DNA of 64,000 nucleotides from contig CAZMCI010000001.1 in assembly GCA_964564905.1 (NCBI GenBank), positions 7,986-71,985 of the forward strand. The letters are read 5' to 3'. A model generated the notes under the pieces. The model saw only the letters and a program-made list of their open reading frames with translations. It was not told the origin of the DNA and made no database searches. This DNA comes from Candidatus Hadarchaeota archaeon (lineage in GTDB: Archaea > Hadarchaeota > Hadarchaeia > Hadarchaeales > Hadarchaeaceae). Positions 26,492 through 36,751 of this stretch are shown piece by piece. Numbering within the stretch: the first letter of the stretch is position 1; each line of letters starts with the position of its first letter. A program made the position numbers and the translations under genes.

Positions 26492-27346
26492 ATGTCGAAA
26501 TCCCCCGTTACATTCTCGGTACTGTTACCATCCTCCCTCGTCGCAGATGCTCCAGACCTTCGCCAGAAAACTGTCAAAGTTGGATCAGTGGGGCGCGCAC
26601 TTGCCATCTTCGGTGTTGATAAAGTTTGCATTTACAACGACGATGACCCCTACACAAAAAACCAAACTATCGAGGCAAAGCTAATTGCTTCTCTTCTGCG
26701 CTACATGGAAACGCCCCAATACCTGCGCAAGCTCCTTTTCTCTCGCACGAAAGAACTACGATATGCCGGTCTGTTGCCCCCTCTCCGTACACCCCACCAT
26801 CCACTGGATGGAGAAAAAACTAAGCCTGGAGATCTGCGGGAGGGTGTGGTCACTCAGAGCGGTGAAAGTGGTAGTCTCGTGGAGATGGGTCTTCGGGAAA
26901 AAGGCATAACCAGGAAAAGACTGCGGAGCGGATGTCGTTTAACGGTCAAATTGGGCAAAAGATTGGGAGATGGAAGGGTGGAGGTCAGCCAGGTCTCCAA
27001 AGAAGATGTGAGGGAATATTGGGGGTATGAAGTGCTGACCGCTAACAGCCTCAGAGAGGGCTTAAATCGGCTCGATATAGACTACAAAATAGGAACCTCC
27101 AGACACGGCAGAAATTTATATGAGGCCGTGAGGGGTATAAAAGAAAGCAGCCCCAAAAGCGTGGGGGTGGCCTTCGGGGGACCGTATGCCGGTCTCTTCG
27201 AGATCTGCAGGCGTCAGGGCGTCGATATTGAAGAGCTCTTCGACGCTGTGGTGAACACGATCCCCGGACAGAGGACCGCGACGGTTAGGACCGAGGAGGC
27301 ACTCATGGCCACGCTTTCGGTGCTGAACGCGCTCATAGGGGAATAA
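26492..27346 (+). CDS. Putative SPOUT-superfamily RNA methyltransferase (COG2106/DUF171-like) heading the uL3 operon
   Basis: Conserved position upstream of rpl3 in archaea; the C-terminal half has a SPOUT-like glycine-rich stretch (VGVAFGGPYAGL); weak direct similarity. Confidence 0.45.
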   Translation: MSKSPVTFSVLLPSSLVADAPDLRQKTVKVGSVGRALAIFGVDKVCIYNDDDPYTKNQTIEAKLIASLLRYMETPQYLRKLLFSRTKELRYAGLLPPLRTPHHPLDGEKTKPGDLREGVVTQSGESGSLVEMGLREKGITRKRLRSGCRLTVKLGKRLGDGRVEVSQVSKEDVREYWGYEVLTANSLREGLNRLDIDYKIGTSRHGRNLYEAVRGIKESSPKSVGVAFGGPYAGLFEICRRQGVDIEELFDAVVNTIPGQRTATVRTEEALMATLSVLNALIGE

Positions 27347-27348
27347 AA

Positions 27349-28359
27349 ATGGGAAGGCGAAAACATCGTCCGAGGCGGGGCTCGCTCGCTTACATGCCAC
27401 GCGTGCGGGCTCCGAGGCCAGTGGCCCAGGTGCGGGCTTGGCCAGCGGAAGCAAGGCTCGGTCTCCAGGGTGTGGCCGGATACAAAGCAGGAATGACCCA
27501 GCTTTTCATGATAGATGACCATAAGCACAGCATGACCGCAGGCCAGGAAATATGTGTTCCGGCGACCGTGATCGAGACCCCGCCTCTCTTCGTGTGCGCG
27601 ATCCGTCTTTACGTTTCGACCTCACGTGGATTGACTACGGCGTCTGAGGTCTGGACCAGCGATCTTCCGCGAGAACTTTCACGGGTGATAAAACTCCCAA
27701 AGAAGTATGACGCGCAAAAGAGGATGGAACAGGTGGAGAAATGGATCAAGGAAAGCAAAGTGACAGATATTCGCGTTATAGCGTGTACCCAGCCGAAGAT
27801 GACCAACCTTCCAAAGAAAAAACCAGATCTTATCGAAATCAGGGTGAGTGGAAGTTCAGTGGAAGAACGATGGAACTATTCCAAAGGAATTCTCGGAAAA
27901 CAGGTGCGGGTCTCCGACGTGTTCAAAGAAGGGGAGTATGCGGACGTGCTTGCGATAACCAAGGGTAAGGGGTTCCAGGGTCCCGTCAAACGCTGGGGGA
28001 TAAAAATTTTGCCCAGGAAAACAGAGGGCGGCCGCCGACAGGTTGGGACTTTGGGTCCTTGGTCTCCCGCGAGGGTAATGTGGACCGTCCCGGCAGCCGG
28101 ACAGATGGGTTATCACCAGCGAACCGAGTTCAACAAACGGATCCTGAAAATCGGCAGCGACGGTAAGGAAATCACTCCTAAAGGAGATTTTCTCCGATAT
28201 GGTCCGGTTAGAAGCGAGTTTGTGGTGCTGGCTGGCTCGGTTCCAGGTCCAACAAAGCGTCTGATACAGCTCAGACGTCCCGTGAGACCCAGACCGACTC
28301 TTCCCACATCGCCACCATCTGTCACCCATGTGGCTCTCTCTTCCCACCAAGGTGTGTGA
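27349..28359 (+). CDS. rpl3: Ribosomal protein uL3
   Basis: MGRRKHRPRRGSLAY N-terminus, 336 aa, first in the canonical L3-L4-L23-L2 block. Confidence 0.9.
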   Translation: MGRRKHRPRRGSLAYMPRVRAPRPVAQVRAWPAEARLGLQGVAGYKAGMTQLFMIDDHKHSMTAGQEICVPATVIETPPLFVCAIRLYVSTSRGLTTASEVWTSDLPRELSRVIKLPKKYDAQKRMEQVEKWIKESKVTDIRVIACTQPKMTNLPKKKPDLIEIRVSGSSVEERWNYSKGILGKQVRVSDVFKEGEYADVLAITKGKGFQGPVKRWGIKILPRKTEGGRRQVGTLGPWSPARVMWTVPAAGQMGYHQRTEFNKRILKIGSDGKEITPKGDFLRYGPVRSEFVVLAGSVPGPTKRLIQLRRPVRPRPTLPTSPPSVTHVALSSHQGV

Positions 28360-29144
28360 ACATGAAGGCTCATATTTTTTCGCTGGATGGAAAACCCTTT
28401 GAGGAGATTGAGCTTCCTCCGGTGTTTGACACAGAGCTCAGACCAGATGTGATAAAACGGGCTGTTCTCGCCGCTCAAACCGCTAGATTGCAGCCTTGGG
28501 GGGCAAATGTCATGGCCGGAAAAAGAACGTCCGCGGAAACCTGGGGTAAAGGGTTTGGTGTATCCAGGACCAGAAGGGTAAAAGGGACCAGATACCCAGC
28601 TGCCGGGAGGGGTGCATTTTCACCCCATACGGTGGGTGGGAGAAGGGCTCACCCTCCAAAGGTGGAGAAAGTCCTGAGAGAACGCATAAACAGAAAAGAA
28701 CGCCGGCTTGCAATTCGTTCCGCCATCGCTGCCACAAAGGAGAAAAAACTGGTTTCCAGCCGGGGCCACGTGGTCGATGGTGTGGTTGGGATCCCAGTGA
28801 TCGTTACCGACGAGTTCGAGAAACTGGGAAAGGCCAGCGATGTTCGTGAGGTCATAAAAAAGCTTGGTTTGTGGGATGATATCGAGCGCGTTAGGGAGAG
28901 CAAACGAATTCGGGCCGGACGCGGCAAGGTACGCGGAAGAAAGTATAAAGAGGCGGTGGGGCCTCTCTTGGTGGTAAGCGAAGACGGAGGGATACTTAGG
29001 GGAGCGAGGAACCTCCCTGGTGTGGAGGTGGTAAAAGTCTCCGAACTTAATGCTGAAATACTTGCCCCCGGCGGTAGACCCGGGCGCCTTACCCTGTGGA
29101 CCAGGGGAGCCATTCAGAAACTGGCAGAGGGATTGTTTTCATGA
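28356..29144 (+). CDS. rpl4: Ribosomal protein uL4
   Basis: Position and size (262 aa), 4-nt overlap coupling. Confidence 0.9.
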   Translation: MNMKAHIFSLDGKPFEEIELPPVFDTELRPDVIKRAVLAAQTARLQPWGANVMAGKRTSAETWGKGFGVSRTRRVKGTRYPAAGRGAFSPHTVGGRRAHPPKVEKVLRERINRKERRLAIRSAIAATKEKKLVSSRGHVVDGVVGIPVIVTDEFEKLGKASDVREVIKKLGLWDDIERVRESKRIRAGRGKVRGRKYKEAVGPLLVVSEDGGILRGARNLPGVEVVKVSELNAEILAPGGRPGRLTLWTRGAIQKLAEGLFS

Positions 29145-29404
29145 AGGATCCACATAAGGTGTTGCTCTACCCCCAAGCTACGGAAAAAGCCGTTAAGATG
29201 ATCGAGTCCGAGAACAAACTCATCTTCATCGTGGATCGGGAAGCCACCAGGGCTGACGTCAAACATGCCGTGGAAACGCTTTTTGATGTGAAAGTGGACA
29301 ACGTGAAGGTGGGGATAACCCCCGATGGACGAAAACGTGCCTATGTAAAACTCGCACCCGAGTTCATGGCGGATGAAATAGCGGCCAAGTTGGGGATGAT
29401 CTAA
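29141..29404 (+). CDS. rpl23: Ribosomal protein uL23 (start at ATG 29141, overlapping the uL4 stop)
   Basis: MKDPHKVLLYPQATEKAV N-terminus; the ORF track's extended start is rejected. Confidence 0.85.
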   Translation: MKDPHKVLLYPQATEKAVKMIESENKLIFIVDREATRADVKHAVETLFDVKVDNVKVGITPDGRKRAYVKLAPEFMADEIAAKLGMI

Positions 29405-30112
29405 ATGGGGAAGCGTGTCAGAGCACAGCGCCTCGGGAAGGGTTCGCCCACCTATCGGGCGAAGTCTTGGAGGAGAGTGGGAGAGGTGAAGTTACCTCCG
29501 CTGGACGCGCCTGGTGAGGCTGTGGTGGTCGACCTACTCAACGATCCTGGGAGAAGTGCTCCAGTTGCTGTGGTCAGATACGGGGATGGGCAGGAGCGTT
29601 TGGTTCTCGCTCCGGCGGGTATAAAGGTGGGAGACAGGATATCGGCAGGTATCTCGGCCCCAATTAAACTAGGAAACACATTGACGTTGGCGGAGATCCC
29701 GGAGGGGACCTCAATTCACAATATCGAGTCCAGGCCTGGAGGAGGTGGACAGTTTGTGAGGTCCTCGGGAACCTATGCCACCTTGATCGCTCATGACGTC
29801 GGTCGTGCGATCGTCCAGCTTCCCTCCGGAGAGATAAAGGATTTTGATCCCCGCTGTCGTGCCACAATAGGAGCGGTGGCTGGAGGAGGTCGACTGGACA
29901 AACCACTAATCAAGGCTGGAAAACGCCATCACATCATGCTTTCAAGGGGGAAACCTTATCCCCACGTGCGGGGGGTGGCGATGAACGTTGTCGATCACCC
30001 TTTTGGGGGGGGACGTGGAAAACATGCTGGGAGGCCCAAGACAATCAAGAGGGGAGCGCCGCCGGGACAAAAGGTGGGATTAATAGCAGCGAGAAGGACA
30101 GGTGAGAGGTAA
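29405..30112 (+). CDS. rpl2: Ribosomal protein uL2
   Basis: GRNxxG-type motifs, [16 protein letters not shown]; 235 aa. Confidence 0.9.
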   Translation: MGKRVRAQRLGKGSPTYRAKSWRRVGEVKLPPLDAPGEAVVVDLLNDPGRSAPVAVVRYGDGQERLVLAPAGIKVGDRISAGISAPIKLGNTLTLAEIPEGTSIHNIESRPGGGGQFVRSSGTYATLIAHDVGRAIVQLPSGEIKDFDPRCRATIGAVAGGGRLDKPLIKAGKRHHIMLSRGKPYPHVRGVAMNVVDHPFGGGRGKHAGRPKTIKRGAPPGQKVGLIAARRTGER

Positions 30113-30116
30113 TCTC

Positions 30117-30512
30117 ATGCCGAAAAAATTCACTTACCGAGGGTTCACACTGGAGGAACTTCAGAAGCTTTCATTGGATGAGTTCGCGAAGCTCCTGCCG
30201 GCGAGGCAGAGACGTTCGTTGGAGAGAGGATTTACTCCCAGAGAAAAGAAGCTGCTCGAGCGGATAAGAAAGCTCCGGGAAGCGGGAAAAGATGGACCCA
30301 TCCGCACCCATTGCAGGGAGATGATCATACTTCCAGAGATGGTGGGCCTGAGATTTGCCGTCCACAATGGAAAGGAATTCGTTAACGTTGAGGTTAAACC
30401 CGAAATGATCGGGCATCGGTTGGGAGAATTTTCCATAACCCGGAAAAAAGTCACCCACGGAACGCCTGGGATAGGTGCGACCAGAAGCTCTCTCTACGTA
30501 CCGTTGAAGTGA
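30117..30512 (+). CDS. rps19: Ribosomal protein uS19
   Basis: [15 protein letters not shown] start, ...VHNGKEFV...GHRLGEF. Confidence 0.85.
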   Translation: MPKKFTYRGFTLEELQKLSLDEFAKLLPARQRRSLERGFTPREKKLLERIRKLREAGKDGPIRTHCREMIILPEMVGLRFAVHNGKEFVNVEVKPEMIGHRLGEFSITRKKVTHGTPGIGATRSSLYVPLK

Positions 30513-30518
30513 TCTACG

Positions 30519-30971
30519 ATGCCAAAGTTCGGTTATTCCACCAAGGTTGAGGGTCCATGCGGAAAAGCCTTCGGAAGAGAGATGAGGATCTCCCCGAAAC
30601 ATGCGATGGAGGTCTGCCGAGCGATACGTAATATGCACCTTGCCGCCGCCAAGGAATACCTCGAGGATGTTCAGAAAAAGAAAAGAGCTGTTCCCTTCAT
30701 GCGCCACCGAAAAAAACTTGCTCACAGGAAAGGAGTGGGTGGCAGCGGGCAGTACCCGGTCAAAGCCGCACGGGAGATCCTGAAGGTACTAAAAAACGCC
30801 GAGGCGAACGCGAGCTATAAAGGCCTAGACACGGAAAAGCTCAGGATAGTCCATGCGAGCGCCTATAAGGGGATCACCATTCCCGGGATTTTGCCGAGAG
30901 CGTTTGGTCGAGCGACCCCTCACAACAAGCCGCTTACAAATGTTGAGATAATCTTGAAGGAGGTTCCATGA
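30519..30971 (+). CDS. rpl22: Ribosomal protein uL22
   Basis: Position between S19 and S3; 150 aa. Confidence 0.85.
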   Translation: MPKFGYSTKVEGPCGKAFGREMRISPKHAMEVCRAIRNMHLAAAKEYLEDVQKKKRAVPFMRHRKKLAHRKGVGGSGQYPVKAAREILKVLKNAEANASYKGLDTEKLRIVHASAYKGITIPGILPRAFGRATPHNKPLTNVEIILKEVP

Positions 30972-31657
30972 TGCCGGTTGAGCGGACTTTCATAAAGCGT
31001 GGGTTGAAACGGGTTGAACTTGAGGCGTTTCTTGTTCGGGAGCTAGGGCAGGCAGGTTATGGTGGAGTGGACGTAAGGCGCGTGCCGACGGGAACCCGCG
31101 TCACGCTCTATGTGGACAGGCCGGGCATGGTGATAGGGCGCAAGGGAAGAAGCATAAAACTGCTCACCGAAGAGCTTGAGAAGGGATTTGGGCTGGAAAA
31201 CCCCCAGATAGAGGTGGTGGAGATACCAAAGCCTGAACTCTCCGGTCCGATAATGGCAAAGCGTATTGCTTTCGCTCTGGAGCGCGGGGTGAGCGCAAGG
31301 AGGATCGGTCACATCATGACCCGTAGGATAATGGAAGCCGGTGCTCGAGGAGTCGAGATAACGATCTCCGGGAGGATAGCTGGGGAGCGTTCCAGAAGAG
31401 AACGATTTTATAAGGGTTATATAAGCAAAGCTGGAGAACCGGCGGAGAAACTCGTAAGTCACGGATATGCTGAGGCGAAGCTGAAACCCGGCGTTGCAGG
31501 AGTGAAGGTTAGCATAATGCCCCCAGATGTGCCGCTCCCCGACGAAATTAAGACGGAGGAAGAGGCAAAACCTGTGGAGCCCGCGGGTTCCGTGACCGCC
31601 CGGGAGGAAACCGAAAGCCGGGCCGAGGAGGGAGGAAAAGAAGATGGGGATACTTAG
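30968..31657 (+). CDS. rps3: Ribosomal protein uS3
   Basis: KH-domain signature region, acidic C-terminal tail; 229 aa. Confidence 0.9.
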   Translation: MMPVERTFIKRGLKRVELEAFLVRELGQAGYGGVDVRRVPTGTRVTLYVDRPGMVIGRKGRSIKLLTEELEKGFGLENPQIEVVEIPKPELSGPIMAKRIAFALERGVSARRIGHIMTRRIMEAGARGVEITISGRIAGERSRRERFYKGYISKAGEPAEKLVSHGYAEAKLKPGVAGVKVSIMPPDVPLPDEIKTEEEAKPVEPAGSVTAREETESRAEEGGKEDGDT

Positions 31658-31847
31658 AGCTGAGGAGATCAGGGGAATGAGTCGGGAGGAAATGATCGAA
31701 AAACTCAAAGAGCTTCGGGGTGAGCTGGCCCGGACGCGAGCGACGGCGGCCGCGGGCGGATCGCTTGAGAACCCGGCTAAGATCCGGGAACTCAAGCGTG
31801 CCATAGCGAGAATACTTACGGTAATGAAGGAAAAAGGAGGTGCATGA
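31644..31847 (+). CDS. rpl29: Ribosomal protein uL29
   Basis: 67 aa, ...EEMIEKLKELRGELARTRA... Confidence 0.8.
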   Translation: MGILRAEEIRGMSREEMIEKLKELRGELARTRATAAAGGSLENPAKIRELKRAIARILTVMKEKGGA

Positions 31848-32158
31848 GCGCGCAGGAGATTTGCAAGGTCTGTGGGTTGCCCAAGGAGCTCTGCGTCTGC
31901 CAGGAGATCTCGCGCGAGCAGCAGCGGATAAGTGTGTACTCGATGAAACGAAAGTTCGGCAAGGTCGTGACCATTATAGAGGGACTGGACGAAAAGCAGG
32001 TGAACCTGAAGGATCTCACGAAAGACCTTAAATCAAAACTTGCGTGTGGCGGAACCTCGAAGGAAGGACGCATAGAGCTTCAGGGTGACCACAAAACACG
32101 CGTGAAGGAAGTGCTGGTCGGGATGGGATTCTCCCAGAACATGATCGATGTGAGATAA
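31844..32158 (+). CDS. Translation initiation factor SUI1 (aIF1)
   Basis: CxxC...C N-terminal zinc knuckle; SUI1 domain VVTIIEGLD...LACGGT. Confidence 0.85.
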   Translation: MSAQEICKVCGLPKELCVCQEISREQQRISVYSMKRKFGKVVTIIEGLDEKQVNLKDLTKDLKSKLACGGTSKEGRIELQGDHKTRVKEVLVGMGFSQNMIDVR

Positions 32159-32163
32159 AAAAG

Positions 32164-32439
32164 GTGGCAAAAATGGCCGTAAAGCGGAAGTTGCTCAGGC
32201 AGGGACTTATCGGGCTCGAGGCGGAGGTCGTCCACAGTTCGGATCCTACCCTCCTAGGTCTCTCCGGAAAGATAGTGGACGAAACACGTAATATGGTGGT
32301 GATAGAGCATGAAGGGAAAACTAAAAAAATCCAAAAGTCCATTTCAACATTCATCTTGAGAGGACCCGATGGTGAGACGATGAACGTGAACGGAAAGGAG
32401 TTGGTCGGACGGCCCGAAGCGCAGATCCAGAAGAGGTGA
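32164..32439 (+). CDS. rnp1: RNase P protein component 1 (Rpp29/Pop4 homolog)
   Basis: Conserved position between L29/SUI1 and S17; Sm-like Rpp29 motif GLIGLEAEVVHSSDPTLLGLSGKIVDETRN. Confidence 0.75.
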   Translation: MAKMAVKRKLLRQGLIGLEAEVVHSSDPTLLGLSGKIVDETRNMVVIEHEGKTKKIQKSISTFILRGPDGETMNVNGKELVGRPEAQIQKR

Positions 32440-32443
32440 GCTC

Positions 32444-32761
32444 ATGGTGGGCATGGGGATAAAACCGCCTGAGGAAAAATGCTCGGACGAACGATGTCCA
32501 TTTCACGGAAAGTTATCGGTCAGGGGACGGGTGTTTGAAGGAGTGGTAGTAAGCGACAAGATGGCCAAGACGGTCACCGTGAAACTCGAGCGCATGCATA
32601 AAATACCGAAATATGAAAGGTACGAGCGTCGTACTTCCAAGTTCCACGTCCATAATCCCCCCTGCATATCGGCGAAGGTAGGAGACAGGGTGAGGTTTAT
32701 GGAGTGCCGGAGATTGAGCAAGACCAAGGCATTCGTGGTCGTACAAAAGCTGGAGGGATAA
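32444..32761 (+). CDS. rps17: Ribosomal protein uS17
   Basis: FHGKLSVRGRVFEGVVVSDKMAKTVTV... OB-fold S17 motif. Confidence 0.85.
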   Translation: MVGMGIKPPEEKCSDERCPFHGKLSVRGRVFEGVVVSDKMAKTVTVKLERMHKIPKYERYERRTSKFHVHNPPCISAKVGDRVRFMECRRLSKTKAFVVVQKLEG

Positions 32762-32764
32762 AAA

Positions 32765-33190
32765 ATGGGTAAGAAAGGTGCGGGTACCTCGATAGGAGTT
32801 TCTCCGGTGACTCCTGTTAGAGTCATCCCGGTCAACGCACGGCTCACTTGTGCCGACAACACGGGAGCTAGGGAGATCCAGATCGTGAGCGTGATGGGCT
32901 ACAGGGGCAGACGGGCCCGCATGGCTCGGGCTGGCGTTGGAGATCGGATAGTTGCTTCCGTGAAAAAAGGAACACCAGAACTTCGGTCACAGCTGGTTCA
33001 GGCCGTCATCATAAGGCAGACAAAGGAGTACCGTCGCATGGATGGAATGCGCATAAAATTTGAGGATAACGCGGCCGTCCTGATCACCCCTGATGCCGCC
33101 CCTCGGGGCTCCGAGATAAAAGGCCCCATGGCCAGAGAGGCCGCGGAAAGGTGGCCAAGAGTTGCCGGAATAGCTTCGGTTGTGGTGTAA
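32765..33190 (+). CDS. rpl14: Ribosomal protein uL14
   Basis: [14 protein letters not shown] motif. Confidence 0.9.
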   Translation: MGKKGAGTSIGVSPVTPVRVIPVNARLTCADNTGAREIQIVSVMGYRGRRARMARAGVGDRIVASVKKGTPELRSQLVQAVIIRQTKEYRRMDGMRIKFEDNAAVLITPDAAPRGSEIKGPMAREAAERWPRVAGIASVVV

Positions 33191-33193
33191 GGC

Positions 33194-33556
33194 ATGGCGA
33201 CCAAACAGCCCCGGAAACAGCGTTTGCGCAGGTTTTCTGCCCCACTTCATTCCCGCCACAAGCATCTTTCAGCTCCACTTAGCCGGGAACTCAGGGAAAA
33301 ATACAAAACACGTTCGCTTCCGGTCAGGAAAGGTGATCGCGTCCGCGTGCTCACCGGGGACTTTAAAAAACTTGAAGGCGACATCGTGGAGGTCGACATG
33401 AAACGGGGCTTTATCCAGGTAGAAGGAGGGGCCGTGACAAAAGCGGACGGCACGCAGGTTCCGAGGATGATCCACCCCTCAAATGTTTTATTGTTGAGGC
33501 TGGCTGAAGACAAGGAACGTGCGCGTGTCCTGGAAAGGAGGTCTGGAAGTGGCTAG
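33194..33556 (+). CDS. rpl24: Ribosomal protein uL24 (KOW)
   Basis: KGDRVRVLTGDFKKLEGDIVEV KOW motif. Confidence 0.85.
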   Translation: MATKQPRKQRLRRFSAPLHSRHKHLSAPLSRELREKYKTRSLPVRKGDRVRVLTGDFKKLEGDIVEVDMKRGFIQVEGGAVTKADGTQVPRMIHPSNVLLLRLAEDKERARVLERRSGSG

Positions 33557-34280
33557 CAAAGGTGGAAGCAGACATCTGAAGCGATATGCCGTATCTGGAA
33601 AACTTAGGTTGCCCAGAAAATCGTACGCGTGGTTCACCAAACCGACACCCGGTCCACACTCAAACGAAAGCTCAATTCCGATCCGCGTCGCTCTTCGTGA
33701 TTATCTCTCGGTGGGACATACCGCCAGGGAAGTTGACCACATCATCGTGGGGGGGAACGTGCTTGTGGATGGAGAGGTCAGGCGGGAGCCGAAATTTCCA
33801 ATCGGTCTCATGGATGTGGTACAACTTCCGGCTCTTAATAGCAGTTATCGCGTGCTCTTGGACAAGAGGGGACGTTTGATTCTGGTCAAGATACCTCAGG
33901 AGGAGGCATCGACAAAACTGTGTAGGGTAATACGGAAACAGACCATCAGAGGAAAAAAGGTCCATCTCACATTTCATGATGGGAAGACCGCATCCGGAGA
34001 TCTAAATAGCTTCAAACCCGGAGACGTCGCGAAATTGGAGCTACCGGGGGTGAAGATATCAGAACGTCTTCCTTTCGAGGTGGGCGCTGTTGCGTTGGTG
34101 ACCGGGGGCAGCAATGTCGGCAGGATCGGAAGAATTTCCGAGATCAGGCTCGTAGCCGGGACCCAGCCGAATCTCGTCCTACTGAAAAGCGATAGAGAGG
34201 AGTTTCAGGCACCGGAACATTACGTGTTCGTCGTAGGCAAGGAGAAACCCTCCATCTCCCTTCCGGGTGAGAGTACATGA
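33549..34280 (+). CDS. rps4e: Ribosomal protein eS4 (start at GTG 33549: MASKGGSRHLKRY)
   Basis: GGSRHLKRY N-terminus, S4 RNA-binding and KOW regions. The ORF track's ATG at 33519 overlaps uL24 and is rejected. Confidence 0.85.
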   Translation: MASKGGSRHLKRYAVSGKLRLPRKSYAWFTKPTPGPHSNESSIPIRVALRDYLSVGHTAREVDHIIVGGNVLVDGEVRREPKFPIGLMDVVQLPALNSSYRVLLDKRGRLILVKIPQEEASTKLCRVIRKQTIRGKKVHLTFHDGKTASGDLNSFKPGDVAKLELPGVKISERLPFEVGAVALVTGGSNVGRIGRISEIRLVAGTQPNLVLLKSDREEFQAPEHYVFVVGKEKPSISLPGEST

Positions 34281-34783
34281 ATCCCATGCGCGAAATCAGA
34301 GTTGAGAAGGTGGTCCTCAATATCGGAACCGGTGAGGGAGGAGATAAACTTGCCAAGGCCGAGAAGATCCTTCGGAGCATCACAGGACAAAAGCCAGCTA
34401 GGACCTTTGCAAAAAAATCTGTGAGGGAATGGGGAGTAAAACGTGGAGCTCCTCTGGGATGCGTGGTAACCCTCCGTGGTGAGCGCGCGATCGAAACCCT
34501 GAAAAAGCTGTTTGATGCCGTGGAGCGGCGCCTGAAGAAGAGTTCGTTCGATGAGAGGGGAAATTTTGCCTTCGGTATCAGGGAGCATATCGATATCCCC
34601 GGAGTTTCCTACGATCCCGAGCTCGGCGTGTTTGGGATGGATGTGTGCGTTTCACTGATGAGGCCCGGATACAGAATAAGACGCAGACGAAGACTGACCC
34701 GGCCCATCCCCGCGTCGCACCTCGTCACCAGAGAGGAAGCGATAAATTTCATAAGTGAGAAGTTTGGAGTTCAGGTGGTCTGA
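34277..34783 (+). CDS. rpl5: Ribosomal protein uL5
   Basis: 168 aa; position before S14/S8. Confidence 0.9.
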   Translation: MNPMREIRVEKVVLNIGTGEGGDKLAKAEKILRSITGQKPARTFAKKSVREWGVKRGAPLGCVVTLRGERAIETLKKLFDAVERRLKKSSFDERGNFAFGIREHIDIPGVSYDPELGVFGMDVCVSLMRPGYRIRRRRRLTRPIPASHLVTREEAINFISEKFGVQVV

Positions 34784-34929
34784 TGTCAAAGGCAAAATTT
34801 GGGAAAGGTGCGCATAAATGCATGCACTGTGGCAGATATAAGTTCGTCTACCAGCAACATGGGCTGAGGCTGTGCAGGCGGTGTTTCCGGGAGCTAGCTC
34901 CAAAGATGGGATTCAAAAAGTACAGTTAG
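34783..34929 (+). CDS. rps14: Ribosomal protein uS14 (zinc-binding type Z, 48 aa). Not in the ORF track.
   Basis: [48 protein letters not shown]; CxxC...CxxC; overlaps the uL5 stop. Confidence 0.85.
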   Translation: MSKAKFGKGAHKCMHCGRYKFVYQQHGLRLCRRCFRELAPKMGFKKYS

Positions 34930-34935
34930 GTGTGA

Positions 34936-35328
34936 ATGATGTTGCTCGATCCGCTCGCCAATGCTCTCTCCAAGATCCAGAATCACGAGAGGGCTAGAAA
35001 GCGGGAGGTGGAAGTTGCGCCGGGGTCCAAGTTGATCAGAGAGGTCCTTCAGCTCATGCTGGATGGAGGTTTTATTGAAAAATTCGAGTTCATAGACGAC
35101 AAAAAGGCGGGCAGGTTCAGGGTGGTCCTCAAGGGAAGGATAAACAGGTGCGGGGTGATAAAACCCCGGTATTCCGTCAAACGCGATGAGTACGAGCGGT
35201 GGGAAAAGCGCTATCTTCCTGCGGCTGGTTTTGGCGTGCTCGTGGTCTCGACCCCTCGCGGTGTTATGACACATAAAAAAGCCACGGAAATGGGTTTGGG
35301 CGGCCGCCTCTTGGCCTACATCTATTAG
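34936..35328 (+). CDS. rps8: Ribosomal protein uS8
   Basis: [15 protein letters not shown] start. Confidence 0.9.
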   Translation: MMLLDPLANALSKIQNHERARKREVEVAPGSKLIREVLQLMLDGGFIEKFEFIDDKKAGRFRVVLKGRINRCGVIKPRYSVKRDEYERWEKRYLPAAGFGVLVVSTPRGVMTHKKATEMGLGGRLLAYIY

Positions 35329-35410
35329 ACCTATTAGACCGGACTTTTTCACCACACTTTTTATTAAAGAAAGTTGAAAATAGACGGAGCGTATATGGAG
35401 TGCGTTGACG

Positions 35411-35947
35411 ATGAAGCCTGTGATCAAGGAGGAGCTTGAAGTGCCTGAAGGCGTGGAGCTGAAAGTGTCTGGTAGGACGGTCGAGGTCAGTGGACCGAAG
35501 GGTAAGCTTACTCGAACCTTCGATTTTCAGAGGGTGAGCATTGAGGCCGGAGGAAAAAAGGTCCTCATAAGTTCGGACTCCGCGCGCCGGAGGACCAAGG
35601 CTGCCGTCATGACGGTCAGATCGCACTTGCGAAACATGTTCAAAGGAGTTACCGAGGGATTTACGTACAAGTTGAAAGTCGTATACTCTCATTTCCCGAT
35701 AACCGTGAAGGTCGATGGAGAACGAAAACGTGTTCTGATACAGAATTTTATCGGAGAGCGTGCGCCCCGTGTGGCGAGGATCGTTGGAGATGTCAAGGTG
35801 GAGGTTCGAGGGGATGAGATCATCGTGAATGGGATAAACAAGGATGATGTGGGACAAACAGCCTTCAACATCGAACAGGCTACTCAGGTAAAGTACCGGG
35901 ATCTGAGGGTTTTTCAGGATGGTTGCTACATCACGGAAAGAGGGTGA
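35411..35947 (+). CDS. rpl6: Ribosomal protein uL6
   Basis: Two-domain L6 repeat pattern (VEVSGPKGKLTR...; VDGERKRVLIQ...). Confidence 0.85.
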   Translation: MKPVIKEELEVPEGVELKVSGRTVEVSGPKGKLTRTFDFQRVSIEAGGKKVLISSDSARRRTKAAVMTVRSHLRNMFKGVTEGFTYKLKVVYSHFPITVKVDGERKRVLIQNFIGERAPRVARIVGDVKVEVRGDEIIVNGINKDDVGQTAFNIEQATQVKYRDLRVFQDGCYITERG

Positions 35948-35953
35948 AGTGGT

Positions 35954-36334
35954 ATGGGAAAAAGACATCCAACGTTCAGACGGCAGGAGTGGTTCAGGTT
36001 CAAGAGGCTCGGAGAAAAGTGGCGCAGGCCGCGTGGACGGGACAGCAAGATGCGTCTGGGTCTCTCGGGGAAGCCAGCCACGGTCTCGATTGGATACGGT
36101 TCCCCCCGGGCTGAGAGGGGGATCCATCCCTCAGGTCTTTCGGAAGTGTTGGTCGAAAACCTGCGGGATCTAGAAGGTATCGATCCTGACAGGCAGGTGG
36201 TCAGGATATCCTCAAAAGTGGGCGACAAAAAGCGAGAGCAGATTCTCGCTAAAGCGAGGGAGAAAAACATCAGGGTACTCAATCCAAGGGTGAAAAAACG
36301 TGAAATTGAGCGAAAAGAAAAAGCTGGCAGCTAG
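35954..36334 (+). CDS. rpl32e: Ribosomal protein eL32
   Basis: FRRQEWFRFKRLGEKWRRPRGRDSKMR. Confidence 0.85.
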   Translation: MGKRHPTFRRQEWFRFKRLGEKWRRPRGRDSKMRLGLSGKPATVSIGYGSPRAERGIHPSGLSEVLVENLRDLEGIDPDRQVVRISSKVGDKKREQILAKAREKNIRVLNPRVKKREIERKEKAGS

Positions 36335-36749
36335 AATTCTCAAGGTCGGCGTAAACAGGGTTTGGATCGATCCCGCCCGCACCGGGGACATCTCGGCAGC
36401 GATAACGCGCGAGGATATAAGGCGCTTGGTTAAATCCGGAGTCATCCGTGCAAAACCGGCTCGGGGAACCAGCCGGGGAAGGGCGAGAAGACTGGCGCTC
36501 AAGCGAAAGAAGGGCAGACGTGGTGGTCCTGGGAGCAGGAAAGGAGCCAAACACGCGAGATTTCGGGAAAAATCCAAATGGATCCAGACTGTTCGTCCTC
36601 TGCGTTCGAGACTGCGCGAGCTGAAGAGAGAAGGGGTGCTCGAACCCACGGAATATCGACGTTTGTATCGCATGGTCAGAGGAGGGGTTTTCAAGAGTAA
36701 GGCTCATCTTGAGACCCACCTCAAGGAAAAAGGCATATTGAAGGGATAG
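36300..36749 (+). CDS. rpl19e: Ribosomal protein eL19
   Basis: KKLAARILKVGVNRVWIDP. Confidence 0.85.
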   Translation: MKLSEKKKLAARILKVGVNRVWIDPARTGDISAAITREDIRRLVKSGVIRAKPARGTSRGRARRLALKRKKGRRGGPGSRKGAKHARFREKSKWIQTVRPLRSRLRELKREGVLEPTEYRRLYRMVRGGVFKSKAHLETHLKEKGILKG

Positions 36750-36751
36750 AT

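Noticed and set aside
29096-33548. Extended ATG starts given by the ORF track for uL23 (29096), uS19 (30102) and eS4 (33519)
   Set aside because: The extensions overlap the upstream r-protein gene and add non-conserved residues. Conserved N-termini begin at the internal start codons used here. The same reasoning applies to cmk (41760) and rpoD (48572).
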